Below are positions 23,683-35,735 of a stretch of DNA of 64,000 bases, piece by piece. The DNA is from Callorhinchus milii (Eukaryota): positions 59,708,001 through 59,772,000 of the forward strand of contig NW_024704743.1 in the NCBI RefSeq assembly GCF_018977255.1, written 5' to 3'. The position numbers and the translations under genes are program-made. The notes beneath the pieces were generated by a model. It searched no databases, had not been told where the DNA came from, and was given only the letters and a program-made list of their open reading frames with translations. Position 1 is the stretch's first letter. Each line of letters starts with the position of its first letter.

Positions 23683-24010
23683 TGGAGTCCTGTAGCTCAG
23701 TGGTTAGAGCACTCGCTTTGCAAGCAAGAGACCTGAGTTCAATTCCAGGCAGAGGGCGAAACCTTGGGCAAGTTTCCTTACTCCACACAGAGCCTAATAA
23801 TAATCCCTCCAAAACCAAAAACAATAATAAAAATTGGTCTTTTTCAATCTACGACTGTTTGCTGTGGACATTGCTGTGCGCAATTGGCTGCCGCGTTCGC
23901 CCAAAAATATACAGTCAATTCACTTTACAGTGTGTTCTGTGAAGCGCTTTGGGAAGTCGTCCTGACGTGAAAAGCGCTATATCAAATGCAAGGATTATTA
24001 TTATTATTAT
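23683..24010 (+). mobile_element. SINE family A (short form), young full-length copy
   Basis: GGAGTCCTGTAGCTCAGTGGTTAGAGCACTCGCTTTGCAAGC has a TGC anticodon loop (tRNA-Ala-like). B box GAGTTCAATTCC, Deu-like 3' body, L2-type stem-loop and (ATT)n tail. Confidence 0.95.
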
Positions 24011-27000
24011 CTGCAAACCTTTTTCAGTAATCTTACTTCAAGGAACAATACTAATTAAGTAAAAGTATATCTATATTGTTTTAATTGAAATAAAATCCAA
24101 TACAGGCTAATGTTATTCCATCAATGCTATTTTGGAGAGATTCAGTATTAAAAAAACTTTTTAAAATTTTTATTTGCAGATGATAACATTAAAAATGGAT
24201 ATTTGCTTCGGGAAAAGAATGAGGAAACAGAATTAAATCTTATATTCTGGGACTTGCAAGTTTGAAAATGTTCTAACATTACAGTAAGGTCATCTGTTAA
24301 CCCTCGGAAGGGATGAAATTAAGCAGTAAAATCAATGTCACTTTGATTTCACCGATCTAACTAAGGAAGAGGTATCATTATTGTACTGAGGGTTGAATAC
24401 TAAATTGCAGTTCGTTGGGCTGTCATTCAGACTGACAACATAGACAAGGGGGGCTTTGATCTCCATACGGGTAAGGTTGCAAGCAGGAGTCTGTATAGGA
24501 GAGACTCAAACAGACATTTCTGCTTGCATCAAATAGGGCTAGGGAGGCCCTTTTTATTATAAATCACACATACATCGCTGCATGAGTAACCCGTCTACTG
24601 CTATTGTTCTTCTTTTGAAATGATTGTCATGGTGATCGCAACTTGTTTCATCATTAATGTGAACGTTTTCACCAATAAGTGTAATAAACTGTAACGGTTT
24701 AAAATATTTACAAACTTCATCCACAAAATATACAGTCAAGTCACTTACAGTATATTGAGACGTTTCGAAGACGTGATAAGGAGCAATATCAAATGCAAGG
24801 GTTATTATTATAATTGCAGGAGTAAAAATTGCTTCTTGTTTTACGAGATCTACTGAGACCTAAAACTGGGCAATTGGGCCTGTTAAATCATGGGGAACCT
24901 TCAGCATCTTTTTGGTTAAGTGACTTAATTTATTATTGAAAGTTAGAATAATATAAATAGAATACATAAGGCATAAATCAAACAAACTAGCTTTTATACA
25001 TAAAAATATTTAGTATAATTGTGTTTTTTGTTTTAAATTCTTAGCACCTTTTCAAGCTAAATTTGTTACAATCAGTTTTATTTTTAGTATTTCTTTACAG
25101 ATTTCTGATCTGTAATTCTATTTGGATTGATATGCCCAGTCACTTTCCTACTATCTTTTCTCCTGCTTGAACTGAACACACAGCTTAAAATGTATCACAT
25201 TTCGAGCATGCAACATGATAAAATGTTGTTTCAATCTAAAATTAAGTCTGTTTTATTCTGTATGAAAGAAAGTCTAGGTAAATTGTAAGTTCTATAGATT
25301 TTTACGTAGACATATTTAAACTATAAAATCATCATAACAATATTCAGATAGCTTTCTTAATTTATCTTTCACCTAAAATACCTTGGTAATTATTTTGAAG
25401 CGCCCTTTGTGTAGCATGTATACATTTTAAATTGTGTATTTTCCCCCTTGGCTAAACGATTTGCAGCAACTCCTTTTGAAGATGGAATATTATTGTAAAG
25501 ATTTATTTAAAGTATAGTACCATCTCGTAAAACATTTCCCGTTCCCAAAACGAAAGAGTTGTTTCTGTGGTATGTTTACAGACTTATCCATGTCTGAAAC
25601 AGATCTTGTGCAATTAACCTATTTTTAACATCCTTAAATTAGCATTAAAAATAACAAGATGGTAAACAAGCCTTAAACTGCCTCATTACACTTGTTATTA
25701 GACTGATGGTCTGTGTCTCTGTCTATTAAATAGCCTGGACAGAAAATTATTGATGGCCTTAGGTCACATTGTACTGGGATAAGAATTCGTAGGAAACTAC
25801 AACTCCTTTTCGGTCTCAGGATATGTTTCCTCATACTAAATTTACCACCTCCGACATTTTTCCTATAATTTATGTCTTGTGACATTCTCTTCAGATAAAT
25901 GAATTGCTTTACAATTATCTAAATGAGAGCCATTCATATTGTTTGGTGCACCATACATGACATTACCAGATGTTGTTTTCACTCCAGAAAAACAATATCC
26001 TGATTATTCATTTTAGATTAGTTTCCTTTAAACCAGATATGCGATAGTTAAAAGCACTCTAAAACTGAGAAGGGATAAATAGAGTCATTGTCTGTGCATT
26101 GAAAGATATGTATTTGCTTTAGATCACCCTGGTGCTCTATCAGGCAGCAACATGCATATTTTTCCTGATTCAGCTCCACTATCTCAAAATGACTCAAAAT
26201 GGTGAATATTCACGCAATGGCTTTTAAACTGCAAGCCACTAGCAAATTATCTGTTTTTTCATTATATCATTTAATTCTTCTTCTTCATAGGCAGTGACAA
26301 CATTTAGTGGACCCACCAAGTACTGGCACAGAAAATGAAGTTGATTGAAAAAACTTTGTGATAAAGTTAAAGGACAAAGGTCCATGAACTGTGAATTTAA
26401 ATCAAGCAACACAATGTTTAAAAATCACATGCTATTTCTAAATTAATTCAGATAAAGGAAACAAGCATATTCTTGTTACAAATTGAGAGCTTACTTAAAA
26501 TGAACAAAAAAAGAAAGTAAATTTATAAATTTCACACATTTCTTGTAATGTCAATTTTCCACTGTTTGTTGATAAAACATATCTCCCCTCAGCCCCTCCC
26601 CACCCCAACATTTCATTTCCAAAATACTGCTTGCAAAGCATCCCCATTTTTTGATAAAAGCGGATAAATTTGGCATTATTACAAGGGATGTTGATTTGTT
26701 TACAGTGCTCCTTTTTTGTATTTTGTACTGTATTGAATCAGGAAAAATATCTAGAAGATTCATTTGAATATTTATTTTGTCGCCCGTGTTGAGAATTCAG
26801 CAACATAAATCATTGTAATTTATTGAGTTACATGTAGTAAAGTGAACGAGTGAGCACGTTCCAGGAAATTACTAGCATCACAAATGATTTTACACTCATT
26901 TATGGATGCTTTCCAGTTTGCATTTTCTATCCTGATTTTCCTACTTACTTTTTATTCAACCCAAACAAGACTGCTTCTGAATATTCCTGCTCAACATCAT

Positions 27001-27779
27001 TTCACATTGAATGAAATGATACACTAAACATGCATCCTTGCAGCTGGTGTTGGTACAATTATTCCTCCGGAGGGATCAGCGGATGCACTTGGGTTTGAGA
27101 AGGTCCTGGCAGAAGGTTTAGGTCCAGCACAGGGCCCACACTCAGCTCTGCAACATGAGAAGATGAGGATCCTTGCTTTTTTTTTAAATGAATACAGATG
27201 CCTGGCACACAGAGTGGGCAACTTGGAAAAGTGCCCCAGGGCATTCTCCGCTTGTTGTGTTATTCAACAAAATCAGTTGCCTGCAAGATGTCTGTGTTCT
27301 TTCTTATTCCCTGATCAGTCCCTTTTGGGCTTTTATCCTCTTCCTTTTGGAAAATGTCACAGAACGATCAAGTGTTCGCACAAGGATTGAATTGACTGAA
27401 ATAATTATTTTCCATGTATAGCGTGTGTAGTCTGATCTGCACAGTAATAAACATCAGCTTGAGATAGTAAACAATGTGAGTAACAAAGCAGTCTTTAAAT
27501 TTATATTTGAACTTGGTTTGCATGTTGCTTTTGCCTTATACAAGATTATAGGAAAGTAAGTGGTGCACATGATATGTCACAGAGACTAAACTAAATGTTC
27601 CAAAGAAGCTAAACAGTTTTGTGCAAAATAGTGCCTAAATGTGTCAAGGGTAAAATAAGAAAGAATATTGACAAAGTCCAATGAATTTGCAGTGACGTAA
27701 ATAAAAAATACATTTAAATTATAATTAATTAAAATTATATTTAATTTTTATGAGGCACTGCATCAACTGTAAGGATTAT

Positions 27780-28040
27780 TATTCAGCCCAACTGGTCTGT
27801 GCCAGTAATTTTACTCCACATGAGTCTCACTGACTCCTTATTCCCTGCTAAACCCTTCTATTCCCTTCTCCCTCATGTGTATATCTAACTTCCTTTTAAA
27901 TGTTTAACTGTTTCAACCACTGCTTTGGGCAGAGAGTTGCACATTCTCAATTGCTCTCTACATGAAGAAATTCCTAAAAATGTTTTTGGAATGCCTAGTC
28001 GCTATCTTATACTTATGTTCCCTGGTTACAGACAACACAT
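27780..28040 (-). mobile_element. CR1 LINE 3' fragment
   Basis: CTTCTATTCCCTTCTCCCTCATGTGTATATCTAACTTCC... is the reverse complement of a CR1 3' end. Confidence 0.75.
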
Positions 28041-28335
28041 GGGAATCCTATTACAAAACATTTGCGTTCCACCATAATGGTCGATGTGTGAATTTAAATG
28101 TATTGTGGGTTCTTGCGAGAAGATAGTTATGCAGATTTAAACAATGTTGTAAATTTCCTGCTAATGTTATGCAAATCATAGTTTTGGTGATTTGTAATGA
28201 CACTAAATTTGCCTATAAAAAACAGTCACTACATATAGCTGTAATAACTTGTGAAGCACTTTGAAATATTTCAGTCTGATAAGTCACTCTATAATTCATA
28301 TTTATTAATTTTTTTATTGCACATCGAGATACTCT

Positions 28336-28863
28336 ATTCATCCAAAAGTCTGCAGCTCGTGTACTCTCACGCACCCGGCTCCGCGACCCGATCACTTCCA
28401 CCCTCGCCCGACTCCACTGGCCCCCCATCCCCCAGAGGATCGAGTTCAAAATCCTCGTCCTCACTTTCAAGGCTATCCATGGCTTTGCCCTCTCCTACCT
28501 CTCTGACCTGCTGACTCCCTACCAACCTGCCCGCTCCCTCCGTTCAACAGGCTTCGGGCTGCTCCATGTCTCCCGCCCGACCCGCCCTACCATCGGCGGC
28601 CGGGCTTTCAGCCTCTCTGCCTTCACACTCTGGAACTCCATCCCACGGTGCCTTCGCCTCGCTTCCCCCCTGTGCCTCCTTCAAGGCCGGTCTCAAGACC
28701 CTTCTCTCCGACCGTGACTCTGGTCTCCCTCCCACCTCTCTGCCTTCCCTCACCCCTACACCACCCCTCCCCCATGCTCGGGCTCCGACACCTGACTGTT
28801 CAGCGCTTTGGGACGTCCTCCCGATGTGAAAGGCGCTCTATAAATATAACTTTGTTGTTGTTA
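28336..28863 (+). mobile_element. L2 LINE 3' end, young (CpG-rich)
   Basis: IQKSAARVLSRTRLRDPITSTLARLHWPPIPQRIEFKILVLTFK in one frame. 3' tail CAGCGCTTTGGGACGTCCTCCCGATGTGAAAGGCGCT...(TTG)n. Confidence 0.93.
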
Positions 28864-29389
28864 TTAAGATTTATCTATAACTAAAATCTTCTTTAAGGCA
28901 GGAATCTGGGAGACCGCCATGATTATTTATTTTTTATAAATGTTCACAAAAATCATTTTATCTCATTAAATAGTAATTGGAAGACACTACACTTAGTTAC
29001 CTATGTTTTACAATGCTAGTGTACTTCTCTGTGGTGTTAAGCACTGGAAATGGCAAAGGATTGATGGTACTCCTACACTCTGATTCCACTGACTTGTGGG
29101 ATTTGCGTACAACAGTCCATTAAGGCAAGATCCCCTTTGCCCAAATGCCAAATGGAGGTTCAATTCTTTCCCCACTGCCAGGAGAGATGAGAAGTTGAGT
29201 CATTCCTCTCACACACCTTCTAGCTGCTGGTCGCAAACTTTTACCTCCTGTGCCTTCCACATGACTTGTAGCCCAAAATCAACTAATTAACTGCATTGTG
29301 TAGCAATGGTCATCACTGCTGCTTTGAACTTTAGCTTGAGCGAACTTTTCAGCTATGGTAGTTCGTTCACTGCCAATTCATCCTGCTGG

Positions 29390-29975
29390 GAGTTTACCAG
29401 GATTGGTGGCTTTCCTGGGATGCTATCGACTGAGAAACAGTTAAGGACTCAAGAAGTAGTGATGTAGAGAAAAAGCTCATATGTGGGAAATTTAGGAAAA
29501 TAATAACAGCAGTGCCATTCACGTGAAAGGTCAAATGATCTCCCTCTTTGCTTAAAATTTGTTTCTATTTATATGTTCCAATGGGACTTATACATTAGAA
29601 TTCTATTTTTTTACAAAAATGTCCACATAATAGTAAAGTGGACTAAAAGTATCTTGCACGTAACTGTAGATTATCCAGAGTCATATCTTGACATGTTCAA
29701 AATGAATATGCCCAGAGTGGATCAAGCATTCATGGGCATCAGAGTTAAAGATGGATAGATGGATCCTTGGCAATCTTGATTACCCAACATGGTCCTGGTA
29801 TCAAACCCCAATGTGAAGATGAACAACAGTCCAAGAGCTCAAGTATGATTTGGGCGATGGTTGGGCCCATGTTTAGCAACCTAAGACAGCAATCTTTCTA
29901 CTTTGATCAATGGGAAGGTGTGTTGCAGTTCATATCTGCCACGTGCACACACATCATACAGACATGGAGCCCATT
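29390..29975 (+). mobile_element. Decayed PIF/Harbinger (HARBI1-like) DDE transposase fossil
   Basis: Ordered frame-shifted blocks: FTRIGGFPG..AID* (29393-29433), ILHVTVDYPESYLDMF (29651-29698), WILGNLDYPTWSWYQTPM*R*TTVQELKY (from 29760) and FSNLRQQSFYFDQWEGVLQFISATCTHII. These parallel the family pattern IAGFP..GAIDCTH / VARYPGSxHDSF / WLLGDxGYPLxxWLMTP..PTT.QE.RYN / FGxLKxRFRCLD.SGGxLQY.P....HII. Confidence 0.75.
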
Positions 29976-30662
29976 TGGTAGATGATGGGGAGCCTTAAAA
30001 ATCACAACGGGAAGATGGAGATGATGCTTCAGCAGAGCCAGAGGTTAAAGTGGTTGCACTGTGGAGGTGTAAAGGCATTAGTAAGCAATTTCTTTCAATG
30101 AACCTCATCTACCCCAACGACATTTCAATTTGTGGCTGTGCAAATAATAGCAGACTGTTGACTAATATCCCTTTACACTCACTCTATGTCTGAAAACACA
30201 CAAATCATTATTGGGCCTGGATTGATGTGATTAAAATGTTGGTTCTGCAGCACTATAGCTTATCCAATAAACCACTTTGGTTACAATTCATATTTTGTTT
30301 CAATACACAACATCTCCAATACACTGTACAATCGGTGAAAAGGAAACAGATTCTGTGCTGTATAATGATATGACTGTATTGCCTAAAATTCCACCAGTCA
30401 AACACTGAAAGAGTAAAATGTCAGTTTAGGATTTTAATTTGCATCATTCAGTAACACTCCATTATTGCAGGAGAGGCGGACATCTTCCCTAGAAACTTCC
30501 AGCAAGTGGGAAACAGTGCAGCCATTCACAGGTGAGGGCCCAAAATGACTGTAGTTAGTGAGATTAACCTGTCACGTGTCAATGATGCCAGAGGAAGGAG
30601 CAACCCAAGGCTGGAGTTATTCAACCTGCCCAGTAAATGGATAACCAGAATCTGGGCATGCT

Positions 30663-31230
30663 CAACAACAACAACAACTTGCATTTATATTGCACCTTTC
30701 CTGCGGGATAGCATCCTGGAGCGCTTGACAGTGGCAGAGTCTGACACTGAGCCTGGGGGAGAGGGAGGAGGGAGAGACCATAAGTATGATCAAAAAGGGT
30801 GTAGGGTAGAAAGGAAAGTTGGGGATCGAACCTGACGCCAAGGTTGCGCACGAATTTCATGAGTCTGAGGGAGAGCCTGGGGAGATTGTGGAGTTCAGAC
30901 CCACAGGAGTAAAGATGTTGACAGGAGTATGGCTTCTGTCTTGCTGACATTTAACCGCAGGAAATTTGTACTCATCCAGGTCTTGATGTCCATCAGACTG
31001 GGAGTCGTACCTGGAGGAGGAGAAGTAGATTTGGGTGTCATCCACATACATGTGAAAGTTGACCCAATGTCTGTGGATGACATCACCAAGAGGGAGCATG
31101 TAGATAAGGAAAAGCAGAGGACCAAGGAAGGAACCTTGGGATACTTCTCAAGTGACCGGTCGGTGGCAGGAGGTAAAAACATTTTGCGAGATGTGTTGTT
31201 GGCAGTTTGTTAAGTAGGACTCGAACCATA
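30663..31230 (-). mobile_element. L2 LINE RT fragment plus tail, old
   Basis: ORF 30857-31099 ([27 protein letters not shown]) carries the RT YxDD motif and is preceded by a [16 protein letters not shown] block. (AAC)n tail at 30663. Confidence 0.85.
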
Positions 31231-31239
31231 CAAGTGCCG

Positions 31240-31335
31240 ACATATATATAATCCTTATATATAATATATAATCTACATATAATAATCTATAATATATATA
31301 ATCTATAAATTATAATATATGATATATAATATATA
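31240..31335. repeat. AT-rich low-complexity tract
   Basis: Repeated ATATAAT/AATCTATA units. Confidence 0.9.
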
Positions 31336-31339
31336 CAAG

Positions 31340-31772
31340 AAGATTACATTTGTATAGCACCATTCACGTCGGGAGGACGTCCCAAGGCGCTGGACAGTGT
31401 ACAGCATTTCAGACCTGAGCTGGGTTTGGGGGGGAATGGAGGAGGGGAAGGGGGATGACCGATGGCATGGTCGAAGAGGAGGATTTTGAGACAGGACTTA
31501 AAGTAGGCTAAGGAGGGGGTGAGGTGGAGTGAGTGGGGGATTGGAATTCCAGAGGTTGGGGGCAGAGTGGCTGAAGGCTCTCCCGCCAATGGTGGGGCGG
31601 GTGGATCGGGGGACGTGGAGCAGCCCGGAGCCGGCTGAGCGGAGGGAGCAGGTGGGTTGGTAGGGGGTTAGGAGGTCGCAAAGGTAGGGTGGGGCGAGGC
31701 CATCGAGGGCTTTGTATGTGAGGACCAGGATCTTGAACTGGATCCTCTGAAGGATAGAGAGCCAGTGGAGTT
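31340..31772 (-). mobile_element. L2 LINE 3' end, young
   Basis: Reverse-complement homology to 28410-28863 and 40050-40495. Confidence 0.92.
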
Positions 31773-31859
31773 ATATAATACATTGATAATCCTTATATAT
31801 TCCACTGAAGTGGATGAGGGAGGAGAGGCAGTGGAGGAGGATGGCTTGAACAACTGTGT

Positions 31860-32150
31860 CAATCGTGGTAGAGAGGAGACAGAGAGTAAGGACGTCATTT
31901 GTTACTTTGACGAGCGCTGCCTCTGCTATGGGCTGAGCAAAAACATGACTGGAGGGGTTCGAGTAGTGAGAGGAAGGAGTCGTGTGAGTGAAATTGATTT
32001 GCAATGACGCATTCCAAAATTTTGGCCAGGAAGGACAGGTTAGAGATGGGTCTGAAATTTGTGAGTTTGGAGGGATTGAAGGTAGGTTTTTTAAAGAGAG
32101 TGATGACAGTGATTTTGAGGGGGAGTGGGACAGAGCCTGAGGAGAGGGAC
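31860..32150 (-). mobile_element. L2 LINE RT fragment
   Basis: AEAALVKVTNDVL and PFLAKILE-like motifs typical of L2 RT. Confidence 0.8.
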
Positions 32151-32949
32151 TGGTTGATTGTGCTCTGTTGTCTTCAGAAGTCTGTACGTCTCTTTTAATC
32201 TGTGTATTGTATCATGAGAACATACTCTTGCATAGTATTCCTGAACAGTAGAGGATGGTTTGAAAAACTTACACACATGTCATGGGGTCAATTCAGCTTT
32301 ATTACACTTTTGACCACAATGATGATCTTTACAGGCACAGTTCCAGCAAATATAATTTGTGAAAAAAATAGATGGAACTTGGACGCATAAGTATTATATA
32401 AAGCATTTATATGTTTCTACCACATACTAAAAGGCTTTAAACATGAAAGATTATTGCAAAGATAATAGTAATAATAAATTATAATCATTATATATCAGAA
32501 TAGCACTTTCCAAATTGGGATGATGTCTCAAAGCCCTTCACAGGTTATACTGTAAAGTGGAGTGACTGTATTTTGTGGACAAACACCCACAATAGTACAC
32601 TGTTCATTGATTAAAAAAAGATATATCTACATCACTTGTGAAACATAATCATAAAGTAGATACAAATACTCAGAGATATGATCATGCTTTAAAAATTACC
32701 ACAAACATATAAAGAAAGAAAATAACTGTAGTCTTACCGCAGCACAATTGTGGCAACAACCACATAGACTATGAATCTGCCATAGTTCCTTGAATATAGT
32801 TTATCATCTTTCATCTGGAACAACTGAGGGATGAGCTTTTAGGCATTGTACCTTTCCAACATGGCCATAAGGTATGTTGAAGTAACTCTGAATGATGAAA
32901 CCTGTGAACACTGAAGGAGCTTGTATTAAATGCAAGGAATATTTTATTT

Positions 32950-33525
32950 ATAACTGAAAGAGAGTAGCCAGAAGCTGGGTGGACAGGTGAGGTGATTTAA
33001 ACTCTTGGTCAGCTTCAGTGCATAGGTTGCATTTTAAGAAGGTGGTGAAGGATTGTTCCTGTTGATCTCTGCCAAAAGATACAGTGATGTGTGCCACAGC
33101 TTCCTGCATTCTGGCTGGGGCCCTTTCTCCACTTGCCACATCCAATGTTTAACCCCAGCACCTTTGATAGAAACCCGCCAATTGCTGAGACCTGCCATCA
33201 GCCCCTGGCTGTTGGGAGAAATGCCATTGTTTGGAGCACTAGGCAAGTTGGGAGAAAGGGAACAAGTTGGGGGAAAATAAATGGTTTCTATCACCTGATG
33301 TCTGACAGCAGAGAATAGCAGCAAGCCAAGTGGGGTCCATGAGGAATTTAAACACAGCAGAATCAACATGCTAGTCATCCAAGAAATGCTGTGGGGATAT
33401 TCAAAGTTGTGCCATACATGGCAGGGTCCAGCACAAGGCAGAGTAGGTGCAAGCACTGGGACCACAATGTAGCCATTAGTGCCACAAAAGAAAAGTCTCA
33501 ACCTGCACGAGTACCAATTTATTTT
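32950..33525 (-). mobile_element. Very old LINE ORF2 (endonuclease-RT linker) fragment, CR1/L2 group
   Basis: Frame-shifted blocks WH*WLHCGPSA...MAQ, YPHSI, NWRVSIK and EAVAHI resemble the linker of fish/shark CR1-like ORF2. Recognised by eye only. Confidence 0.35.
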
Positions 33526-34589
33526 ATTGGTTCCAACAAAAAGGCCACCACATCCAGAAATATAATTTTATTGCTTTTGTTGTTTAGATATTTTTATTAG
33601 GTGAATTGTGTCGAAAGAAAGTATTCGCTCTTGTGTTTTCTGGACTGAGGCATGCAGATGCTTTCTCAAAGCTCAAGCTGATCTTCAGAATCTCTACATT
33701 TAGAAGTTGTTAGTTTGAACAAAGACTTGGCTTATTTCCCCTTTCTGGAATACCTAGCAAATACTGTTGTGATATCCTGAATGTTTCATACATATTAAAA
33801 CTAAAACAGTAATAATCCTTGCATTTGGTGTAGGGTTTTGCCACATCAGAAGGACATCTCAAAGCACTTCACATGATTTAATGTGAAATGGTATGACTGT
33901 ACATTGGGAGGCAAACGCAGCAGCACAATTACGCCCAGCACTTTCCAACAAACAGAAGTCCTCCCAACATGAAAGCTGTTATATCAAATATAAATATTAT
34001 AATTATTTAAACCCATCTATGAACAGCATATATCGGTGCCATTTTGTCTCAGTTCCCAAATGGTATAACAGACTGCTGAAGTATATATTGGATGCAAAAT
34101 GTCCTTAGTTTGCAGAAACATTGATACACTATACCTCATGCAACTCCTCAAATTTAAGCATGGATTTTCTTATGGGTTTGTATAGGTGCAAGAACGCAAA
34201 AGCTTTCTTCTATTGAATCATATAACTGTAAGCTCAAGACAGCTAAGCCACCAGATATAGTATCAATGATCCCAGCTGTCATTGTAGCTATTGTTCAACA
34301 CATCCAAACAGCGCAAGGTATCTGTGCAAGCAAATATACTGAACTATATCAGGTGAGTTCAGATTCTCTCAAGTCATGCTCAAGCTGTACAGGCACAATG
34401 CTTTAATTAGGTGGCATAGGGAGTCCTGGTAAATTCTGGTCACAAGGACACCATGAGTTGCCTAGACTTGAGAAGCAGTTTAGACAAGTACAACAAGGAT
34501 GATCTCCATAGAGGGTTGTGCTGTGAGGAATGATTAGATAGTGAAGACTCTTGAGTCTTGAAAAGAGATAACAGAGAGATAAAGGAAAA

Positions 34590-34950
34590 GTGTACAGGAC
34601 TTTGGTTTAACATCTCACCCAAACCATGGCACCTTTGCCAATGCAGTGATTTTCCAAATTCTATCTTGCAGTGACAGCCTGGACCATTGGTGGCCAACCG
34701 ATGGTCCGCGGGCCAGAAGTGGCCCACGGGGCCATAAAGAAGCTAGTCTTGATGAGTCTGTTTTAAATCAATGTGTTGTTTCCAATCTTTCCTTGATTGA
34801 ATATTTAATCAATAAAATGTATTTTGTTGGCCAACCATAAAGGTTGGCTACCACTTGAGGTAGACTCTGAGCCCAAGTCTCATTGTGGGCTTAAACCTAT
34901 AATTTACTGACCCAGAGGTGAGAGTGCTACTAACTGAGCCAAGCTGATAC
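34590..34950 (-). mobile_element. Deu-domain SINE family B interrupted by a hAT MITE
   Basis: Deu core on the left. The head (GGTGAGAGTGCTACTAACTGAGCCAAGCTGA on the plus strand) lies to the right of the MITE. Confidence 0.8.
34685..34857. mobile_element. hAT-Charlie-like MITE
   Basis: Terminal inverted repeats CATTGGTGGCCAACC / GGTTGGCTACCACTTG, subterminal GCGGGCC..GGCCC motifs, and flanks ending CTGGAC / GTAGAC (degenerate hAT-type target site). Confidence 0.75.
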
Positions 34951-35409
34951 TTCCACAGCCCACATTCAGGTTTCTTCACAAAAATCCTGTGAAATTGTGG
35001 AATGATGAAATTAAGTTAATGGAACAGACCTAATGGGCTGAATGGACCTACTTCTATTGTTATGTTCCTATCTGCATTAGCCACTATGGCTTTTCTCCTG
35101 AATGTTTTGATTATTCAGTCCTCATGCTGTGTCAGCAGGTTCCCTCCCGTCTTCTTTCTCTGGCATTGGTTATGAGAGGTTTGCCTAAACAGAGAAAATG
35201 TTATTAGTATGAAGAATCTGTTTGTGACTAGTCAGCACTATGATAGTGGTTTATATACTTGAATCGCATCACATGCTTATGCTTGTCACTCTCCATACCA
35301 CACATTAAAGACGTCACTGACATTATTAGTAATATGTAATAATGCTGATCCCATATAAAGATCAGAATAGTGCAGTTCTAGCAGTAAAATCCTTTGTGTC
35401 CTTTAGCCT

Positions 35410-35735
35410 TGTTCTTTTCTTGAGGTCAAAGACCCTAATCTGCTACCTCCACCATCTGCTCTTCTGGTCTATCACTTACCCTTCACTCCTTCATCCCACC
35501 ATTGGTGACCGAGTTTCCCACCACTTATACTCAAACTCTTTGGGTCTCTTTCACGTCATCTTGGTCCTTCTTGCCCTACCTTCAAAGACCTCTTAAAAAC
35601 AGCCATTTCTTCAATTGTGCCTTTGGTCAACAATAACCCCTCCTTTCCTCCCTGGTTAGTGACTTCCATTGGCTTTGTAATCTTGAGACTTGAGTCTTTC
35701 ATCCTACATCAAAGGTGCTATATAAATGTAAGTTT
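35410..35735 (+). mobile_element. L2 LINE 3' fragment, very old
   Basis: CCCACCATTGGTGACCG..., CCTTCAAAGACCTCTTAAAA and tail AAAGGTGCTATATAAATGTAAG. Confidence 0.6.

Noticed and set aside
23683..23755. tRNA-Ala gene (also at 8712, 42959, 54779)
   Set aside because: The A/B boxes and anticodon arm are SINE heads. Each continues into the SINE body rather than a proper acceptor stem and terminator.
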